A program made the position numbers and the translations under genes. 64,000 nt of DNA from Macrostomum lignano (taxonomy: Eukaryota): positions 486,960 through 550,959 of the forward strand of contig NIVC01000900.1 of NCBI GenBank assembly GCA_002269645.1, given 5' to 3'. A model generated the notes under the pieces. The model saw only the letters and a list, made by a program, of their open reading frames with translations, made no database searches and had not been told where the DNA came from. Every line of letters begins with the position of its first letter. Position 1 is the stretch's first letter. Below are positions 55,188 to 64,000 of this stretch, one piece after another.

Positions 55188-57074
55188 ATATAATATTGCA
55201 CACTGAAATAGTCACTGCATTCACTGATTCATCAAGGTAGATTTTCCAAATTGGTTTTCACCAAAGGCAAAGTGGTCTTTGACAAAGTGGTCTTTCACCA
55301 CAATAGACTGAAACCACCTTTCTAATCCTATTTTTGACTTAGGCCCTACTGACTATGAGTTATGGCTTATCTAGATGTTGAATGAAATTTCCAACAAATT
55401 GCCAAAGGTTCAAGGGTTTAATTTTGAAAATTGAAGATGACATTTTGAACTGTTGTACAAACAGAAACAGCTAATAAATTTACAATAATAAAATCTTGTT
55501 ATTTTGCAATTTCTTAGGTCCTACCCTAGTCTAAACTAAGAAAGTAAAATTTCAAAACAAAAACTTAATAAAACTAGTCAGACACTAAAAATTAGCTGTT
55601 TGAGACTGTAAAAAATCTAATTCTAGATTCCCAGCCCTAGCCCTAGTTTTATTAAAATTTAAAAATTTAATATAGGCCTTAAATTAAAGCTATGGCCTAG
55701 CCTAGCCCTAGCTTCTAGCATTGCTATTAGCAATAGCCAATAGGGCCTGGGCTACGTGTCGCCATCTAGGTCCCAATTAATTAATAGCATGGTAATTTTT
55801 TATATGGGAATTGTTTGATAAATTACATTATTTGATTGTAGAACCAAAAATTCTTTGCCTTAAAGTTAAGCACCTTTAGGGCTACATTACAGTATTTTCA
55901 AGCTTCATAAATCTGATCCAGCTGCCGCCGCCTGCCGCCCTCCGGGCGAAGGACAGTTTCTTATAAAATTTCTAAGAAACAAAAAGGTAGGCCTATTACT
56001 TGCGCTAGAATTGTATAATCTGATTTTTTATTCACAACTTCTAAATTGAAATTCGTCGCATTTATTACTATAAAAGTTAAATAGAATTTAACTGATTAGA
56101 GAAAATCATTGGAAAACCCTCGCTGCTGCAATGTAGCATGTAAGTGTAAAGTATTTTTATGTATCAATTAAATCTCCGCACTTTTTATGATGTGTCCGGC
56201 ATTCTTGAATATTATTTAGTTAGTATTTATTCAGTAGTGAGTTTCTATTTCCGCGATTCTTACTGTACGTACTTTACTACTATTGTTTTACTGTATGCTA
56301 ATTCCTATCGTATTTCAAACGCGAATGCGCTGTGTTTTGACCTGTTAGTTCTCCTGTGCGCCGTAGTAGTTGTAGTTGTAGGGTTGCATAGCTGTTCCAG
56401 AGTTCCAGTCGATCTAGTTTTAATTCAATGAAAGATATAGACATTATTTAGAATATATATTAATTACCTTGACTACATAGATTGTTCAGATATAAATACA
56501 AATATATAAATGAAATAAATTAAGGCGCATTGCATCCAAAAGCCAAGAACGCATTCGGCATTCGTTCATTCATCTGTCATCACAACGAAAATAAGGCGAT
56601 TCTTTGAATTCTTGGACTTCAAGAAACTTATTTTACATAAGTTCAGTTTAATTTTTCACGGATTAACATAATTGTTTTTGTTAAAAACAAAAGTTAAAAG
56701 TGTTTTTAGATTAATTTAGTATTTTGTATTAATATTTTCGTGTTATTTTTATGCAAATCATCTTTTTAATAATAAAAAATATGAAAAATAGGTATTAGGT
56801 TACAAGTACATACTTGGAAAGTTCGCGTTCGAAAAAAGTTAAGGAGAGTCCGCGTAGTGAATATAATATTGATTGTAGAACCGGGGGCTTATAATATATA
56901 ATATTAATATATTAATATCATAATAATATCATATCATTAATAATATTAATATCATGCATTCTGCAACGATATTTTCTTTAAGAAGTAAATAAATACGTCA
57001 AATTTAAAAAAAACTTTCGCACTTTTATTTAACGTTTTGAATTGCACAATTTACATGTGTAATTTACGCTATAC

Positions 57075-57575
<501 letters not shown>

Positions 57576-57892
57576 TCGGTGCAGCTGTCGATCCAGTGGA
57601 GCTTGAAGATACTTGTGCTTCAAGTATCAATACACATATCGATATTTGCACGATATGTGTATTGATAACAACTCAATACTAATTTGCATTAAACTTTTTT
57701 CCGTACATGTAGGTCTCTGCTTCCACCAACAATGTCATCATGCAATGTACTTTAGACATATTGTGAACTGACATCTCATTTTCAGGAATTACTTTTCTGG
57801 ATATAAAATGATCGAGACCATCAATCGAAAAAAAATCAGTAGTACGTTCCCATCGCCCAAAAGAATTTTGCTTCTTTAAAAATTAGATGAAA

Positions 57893-58380
57893 GAGGTGCC
57901 CACAAAGAGACACAGGGGCGCCCACCAAGAAACACAGGGGGTGCCCACAAAGAGACACAGGGCGCCCACCAAGAGACACAGGGGTGCCCACAAAGAGACA
58001 CAGGGGCGCCCACCAAGAGACACAGGGGTGCCCACAAAGAGACACAGGGGTGCCCACCAAGAGACACAGGGGCGCCCACCAAGAGAAACAGGGGCGCCCA
58101 CCAAGAGACACAGGGGCGCCCACCAAGAGACACAGGGGCGCCCACCAAGAGACACAGGGGGCGCCCACAAAGAGACACAGGGGCGCCCACCAAGAGACAC
58201 AGGGGGCGCCCACCAAGAGACACAGGGCGCCCACCAAGAGACACAGGGGGCGCCCACCAAGAGACACAGGGGCGCCCACCAAGAGACACAGGGGGCGCCC
58301 ACCAAGAGACACAGGGGCGCCCACCAAGAGACACAGGGCGCCCACCAAGAGACACAGGGCGCCCACCAAGAGACACAGGG
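57893..58380. repeat. 22-24-bp minisatellite (GGGCGCCCACCAAGAGACACAG)n
   Basis: Direct. Confidence 0.95.
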
Positions 58381-59274
58381 GAAGACCCAGGCAGTTCCTC
58401 GATCTCCCCTTAGGTAGTGGACCGGTCAGCAGTAGATTAGGGAATCTACTGAGTCTGTCTAACATAGGATCGATCTGTGTTATGTAGGGTCATCTGTCAG
58501 AAATCAGGTTTGACTCTCAGCAGATATTCTGCATAATTTATAAAACTCATCAAGAATCAGCTCAGCCAGAAATACTACTTGTATTTGATCTCCCCCCTGC
58601 CCCATTGTTCGCAGGGACAGCTCTGCCCAGGCCAGCATTTCCAGTCTCACCCGGTTGCCAAGTGGCAAAAATAACAAACAACTCTCTCGATCACGTTGCA
58701 GCTCCGCACCGTCGAAACACGAGATGGAGGGGGGGGCAGCAGGGGGTTGATGGCGCACCCAGTCTCAGGCTCGGAGCAGCTGTGCAATTGCTGCATAAAA
58801 CTGCACAAATAATTGAATAGGGCCACATTTTCGAGTGGCGCCATCTGCTTGTCTGACAGCCCCACATTGACAATGGAAGCTGCAATAACTGCTGCATCAG
58901 CAGTAGCAGTAAAATCCAGAATTACTGAGAGCAGCACAAAGCCGCAGGGCCACTCATTTGTTGAATTGAAGTTTCTCAGACAGAGCAGCCGCTCGAAGCC
59001 ATTGTGTGCTTTATCTCTCCGCCTCATCTCTCAGGGGCTCTCATTGTCCCAGTTTATTGTGAATTCTACCCAATGAATCTTTTTTTCTTTTTAATCAGCA
59101 TTTCTTATCTTTTTAGAGTGGCTTCATGCATATTCGTTAGTTTTTCCGTATTGAGTCACAATAGATTGCTGGGTGGTGTGTTGCTTTGGCATATGCTATT
59201 AAAATGCGGGGCATCGAATTTTCGTTTCAGCAAATCACTTCTGGTTGATAAGATGCACTTTTGGCTTCATAACA

Positions 59275-59965
59275 CATTTCTGTCTGCATAACACATTTGT
59301 CTGCATAACAATTTTGTCTGCATAACAATTTTGTCTGCATAACACATTTCTGTCTGCATAACACGTTTCAGTCTGCATAACACATTTCTGTCTGCATAAC
59401 ACATTTCAGTCTGCAGAACACACTTCTGTCTGCAGAACACATTTCTGTCTGCAGAACACTTCTGTCTGCATAACACTTCTGTCTGCATAACACTTCTGTC
59501 TGCATTACACATTTCTGCCTGCATAACACTTCTGTCTGCATAACACTTCTGTCTGCATTACACATTTTTGTCTGCCTAACACATTTCAGTCTGCAGAACA
59601 CACTTCAGTCTGCATAACACTTCTGTCTGCATAACACTTCTGTCTGCAGAACACTTCTGTCTGCAGAACACTTCTGTCTGCATAACAATTTTGTCTGCAT
59701 AACACTTCTGTCTCCATAACACTTCTGTCTGCATAACACATTTCTGCCTGCATAACACTTCTTTCTGCATAACAATTTTGTCTGCATAACACATTTTTGT
59801 CTGCCTAACACATTTCAGTCTGCAGAACACACTTCAGTCTGCATAACACTTCTGTCTGCATAACACTTCTGTCTGCAGAACACTTCTGTCTGCAGAACAC
59901 TTCTGTCTGCATAACACTTCTGTCTGCATAACACTTCTGTCTGCATAACATTTCTGTCTGCAGAA
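59275..59965. repeat. ~18-20-bp minisatellite (TCTGTCTGCATAACACT)n
   Basis: Direct. Confidence 0.95.
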
Positions 59966-60244
59966 CACTTAGCTACTGTATCCGGTGACTCATTGCAATT
60001 TCCATGAGCTGTGAGCAGCTCTGATGTCATTGCTGTTTAGATCAAGTTTCTTAAAAATACAAAATTAGGCAGCAAAATGACCCAGTACTCGTACACAAAG
60101 GTTGCTATGCAATTACAGCACTAACATCTGAGCGGCCACAGATGCCTCATCGAGAGGAGTACATGACCTGAAGCAATCGCACATACAAATTGCGGTTTAA
60201 CTTCATGTAACAGTAGCTAGTCACGCATCATCTTCGCTGCAATA

Positions 60245-60785
60245 GATTCTGTCTGGCAAATGGCTGTCTGGCAATATCTGGCTGGCAAATGTCTGGCTGG
60301 AAAATGTCTGGCTGGTAAATGTCTGGCTGGAAAATGTCTGGCTGGTAAATGTCTGGCTGGCAAATGTCTGGCAAATGTCCGGCTGAAAAATGTCTGGCAA
60401 ATATCTGGCTGGCAAATGTCTGGCTGGCAAATGTCTGGCTGGCAAATGTCTGGCTGATGAATGTCCAGCAAATGTCTGGCTGGCGAATGTCTGGCAAATG
60501 TCTGCTGGCAAATACCTGGCTGGAAAATATCTGCCTGGCAAAAATCTGGCTGGCAAATGTCTGGCTGGCAAATGTCTGGCAAATGTCCGGCTGGCGAATG
60601 TCTGGCAAATGTCTGCTGGCAAATACCTGGCTGGAAAATATCTGCCTGGCAAAAATCTGGCTGGCAAATGTCTGGCTGGTAAATGTCTGGCAAATGTCCA
60701 GCTGGCAAATATCTGGCTGGAAAATGTCCGGCAGGCAAATATCTGGCTGGCAAATGTCAAGCAAATTTCCGGCTGGCAAATGTAT
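60245..60785. repeat. TGGCAAATGTCTGGC-core minisatellite 3' of the cGLR gene
   Basis: Direct. Confidence 0.95.
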
Positions 60786-60897
60786 AATCCATTTATAATC
60801 CATCGAGTTGGTCGATTACAAAGGTATCGAATGGTGCCAAGGAGCCATTAAGACAGTCACTCGCCGGTGCATCTGACGGATCGCATATGACACTCGG

Positions 60898-63800
60898 TTA
60901 GGACATTCTCACCGTTTCTGATGTCCGTGCCCGTAGCTCCTGCAGCCGGCCTTCCACTTTGCTCTCCAGCCACCGAGGCACCAGGCCGAACATCCTGGAG
61001 CTTCTCCTGCGCAGCTGCCGCAGCTGCTCCAGATCTTGACAGTAAACTGCAGCCACCACCAGCTCCTGCTTATCCGCATCCTCTCTGTGCGCCACATCCC
61101 GGATCCAATGTTGAGCACTCGAGTCTCCTAAACCTATCAGATCGAAGCGGAGCGCCCAAAGCAGAGCGTCGAAGTTCATAAAGAAGTAATTGTCGTAGTT
61201 TTCCAGCTGAAGCGGAATGAACTCTGCGACAATCCGATTTCCGATCGGCAGCTCCGGCCGCTTGTCGATGTGAAAGCAGAACTTCCACGCGGAGTCTCGG
61301 CTCCTCAGGTGCCGCCACACCAAGTCCGCAGTCGCCTCACTCGCCGACCTCTCAGCGGGCCAGTCGATGCCTCTGCTCGCGCTGAACGGCCTGCTGTCGC
61401 TCACGACTTTCGCTGCAGCCTTTCGGTGGCCGAACTTCAGGCAGCTCAGCGCTCTGAGGGACTCTCGCGTTGAGAAGGCGCAGTCTGGCAGCTTGCCGAT
61501 CAGCTCCGAGAGACGCTTTCGGGACTCTGGGCTTCGGTCTCCGTCTGACACTCCGAGAAGCGACTCTCTCACGATGCTGTAAATCTCGTGGTACTCGCAT
61601 ACGTTCGCTGCTGACACTGGAGCTGGGTAGTCCATGAGTGGCAGGATGAGGAACGGGTGGAATTGGAATCGGCCCGAGTCGGTGACGGGTCGCAGGCTGT
61701 GCTCGAACTCCAACAGCAGCTCTGGCAGCCTATCGATCGCCTCTCGAACTGCATTGGCTGCCTCATTCAACGCTCGAGTCGCCTTCTCAGCTGATGAGGT
61801 GTCCACGCCTCTCAGGTACACAGCGGCATCGCCAAGGAAGAAGTGGTCCATGATCCTGGCGTCATTTCTGCCTGATCTGCAGTCGCTCTCAAGCATCTGC
61901 AGCGAGCGTCTGATGAGACTCACGAGATTCCGAGCGTCGTTCCACTGCTTAGCCGGTGTCTGCTCGAGCATTCGGAACGCGATGGTCTTTGCGTGATACG
62001 ACTTGAAGCCGTTGTGTCGGACGGTCTTCTTCAGCAGCCACTTGAGCGTGACGAACAGCTGGCCCTGCAGAGTGGTGAGACTCCGCAGCAGCCGCCTCTC
62101 CAGGAAGCTGGTGCTCACTCGGAGCTGCTGGCCTCCTTTTCCGGGAGGAGCTGCGTGCACCACGTGACAGGGCGATGAGGCAGAGGTGAGGAGATGCTGA
62201 AGAGACTTGAGCACTGACTGGGGGATGTTTGAGTCGGAGACTCGGTTCTCAAGCAGCGGCGCGATGGGCGGGTAGCGGCAGAGAGGGCGGGCGTCAACTT
62301 TTTCGAAAGCCGGTCTCAGGATTGAGCCTCTGAGTTGATTGGCTGGCCTGGATGCTGCAATGCACGGGTGATGAAGAGAAGAGTAAATAACGCCGGCAAC
62401 AAGGAAACATGAGTTCCGAGTTCATCAATGCAGCCCCTTCATCCATGCCACTGGTGCCATCATTTTAATTCTTGGAGATTCATTTAACTAAGGATTTTCA
62501 GTTTTGCCAAGACAATCCCATTTGCTGCACTATATACTAAAATTACTAATCAGACAGACAGACAGACAGACAAATAGAAAGATAGATACTAAGACTGTCT
62601 GTCTTAGTGTCTCACCGTATCCGGGACTCAAGACGTGTCCGTTGCAGTACTCCACTGTCTGAGTCGTCACTCCAGTGCACTCGCACAGATCTCTCAGATG
62701 AATCTGACTTCCTTCAAGAAGTTCAATCACGTCAATGTCGGACTCAATGCCAGTTCTGCCGTCCAGAGTGACCAGGCTGTTGCCCCAGCCCTCTGAGAAG
62801 CTGCCCACCACGAAAAAGGCTTCACGATTCAATCTTCTCCTCAGAAAATCCTGCAGGACATCAGCCGCGGCGCTCTGCAAGGCGGCTCTGGAGTCCACGA
62901 ATCCCGAGCGGGGAAGCGCTGAGTGTAGCTGCTGGCTGAGGTCATTGTCGCTGGGAGCGGCTCTGAATGATGGGAGGAGTGGGGAACTGCTGTGCTTCAC
63001 TGTGATTGGCTGGGCATGAGAAATGGGAGGAGTGGGGAACTGCTGTGCTTCACTGTGATTGGCTGGGCATGAGAAATGGGAGGAGTGGGAACTGCTGTGC
63101 TTCGTTGTGATTAACTGGGATTTAATGAATGTCTGAGGAAGCTATCAAAGACAAATCATATCTCAGCGCGTTGCATGGAAAATCTGTTCAAGTTTGGCTG
63201 CTCAAAAGGCTCATGCGGTGATGATCAAACAGTGTCAAACTCTGCAAGAGATATCATTTGAAGATCTGCAAGCATCTGCAAGATCAGAGCTTGAGCGAGC
63301 AACTCAGCTATTCGACACTCGCTGCTAAGATGACCCACAGGATTTACTTGAAGCTTTAGGCAGAATTTCTTTGCGAGCTGCGGACGACTTGAAATGGAAT
63401 GAAATTCCCGATTTCGTATCCTAAATTAATATTTCATATTCAAAAGCAACTGAGGGATCTGCAAATCCCTCCGTTCGAAATGGCGACTTTACGAGAATGC
63501 CAGGTACCTGATGGTTTATACAGACATCTGACTGCTTGTCATGGACAGCTAATTGATATGCATGGACACTTTATAGATTAATCTGATCACCAATTTGAGT
63601 ATTGATTTCCCGATCACAAGCTCAGGAGTGCTCACCTGTCTGCAGTCTCTCGACCGAATGCGGTCGCTCATCGACCGTTAGCGCACGTTGCAGAATCTGT
63701 GCAGATCGCTCACTGCCGAACTCGATGGCACGGTGGAGAGCGGACTGAAGTGACTCTCGAGCGCCAGCGAGGGCGGAGGCTGTGAGAAGCGACTCAACCA

Positions 63801-64000
63801 CCTGATGGTGCTCGTTTTGTGCCGCAATGTAGAGAGATGACGAGCCATCGGCTGCTTGAAGATTAACGTCGGCTTGTGCTTTAAGGAGAAGAGCTACTAC
63901 CTCATGGTGGCCATTTTGTGATGCAATGTAGAGAGGTGACTCGCCAGTGTTTCGTTGAAGATTGACGTCGGCTTGTTCTTTGAGGAGTAGATCTACTCCC
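60898..64000 (-). CDS. Ankyrin-repeat / cGAS-like (Mab-21) nucleotidyltransferase fusion protein, 5' part outside window
   Basis: Exons >64000-63636 (ankyrin repeats [28 protein letters not shown]), 62999(or 62960)-62616 (VVGSFSEG...SDIDV) and 62354-60898 ([35 protein letters not shown]...W, HFFL). Both introns are phase 1 with GT-AG. Confidence 0.85.
63001..63110. repeat. ~52-bp x2.5 repeat at the acceptor region of the cGLR NTase exon
   Basis: TGTGATTGGCTGGGCATGAGAAATGGGAGGAGTGGGGAACTGCTGTGCTTCAC repeated. Confidence 0.8.

Noticed and set aside
60217-60851. Multiple 150-190-aa ORFs on both strands
   Set aside because: All derive from the TGGCAAATGTCTGGC satellite.

Overview
Eukaryotic (animal) genomic DNA with spliced genes, GC-rich Ala/Gln-rich exons, and introns almost entirely filled by micro/minisatellites. 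The overall style suggests the free-living flatworm Macrostomum, but this is inference only. Six protein-coding genes were reconstructed by hand from GT-AG boundaries and reading phase: (1) a TASK-type two-pore K+ channel (+, 8399-22641, 5 exons, 463 aa); (2) an ATF2/ATF7/CREB5-family C2H2+bZIP factor (-, 29542-26383, one apparent 1-nt frameshift); (3) a BSD-domain protein BSDC1 (+, 36768-40695, 448 aa); (4) an intronless OGFR-family gene (+, 43690-44381, one apparent 1-nt frameshift); (5) a compact CLIP-170/CLIP1 homologue (-, 52555-45914, 776 aa); (6) a 5'-truncated ankyrin-repeat + cGAS-like/Mab-21 nucleotidyltransferase fusion (-, >64000-60898) with apparently intact catalytic acidic residues, the most interesting item. 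Also present are decayed mariner, RTE and I/LOA-type retroelement fragments, tRNA-derived SINEs, MITE-like inverted repeats and about 35 tandem arrays. Most long ORFs in the supplied track are satellite artefacts. Other signals: an intronic array of 12 AP-1 sites inside the bZIP gene, and a sharp pattern of CpG decay versus CpG retention.
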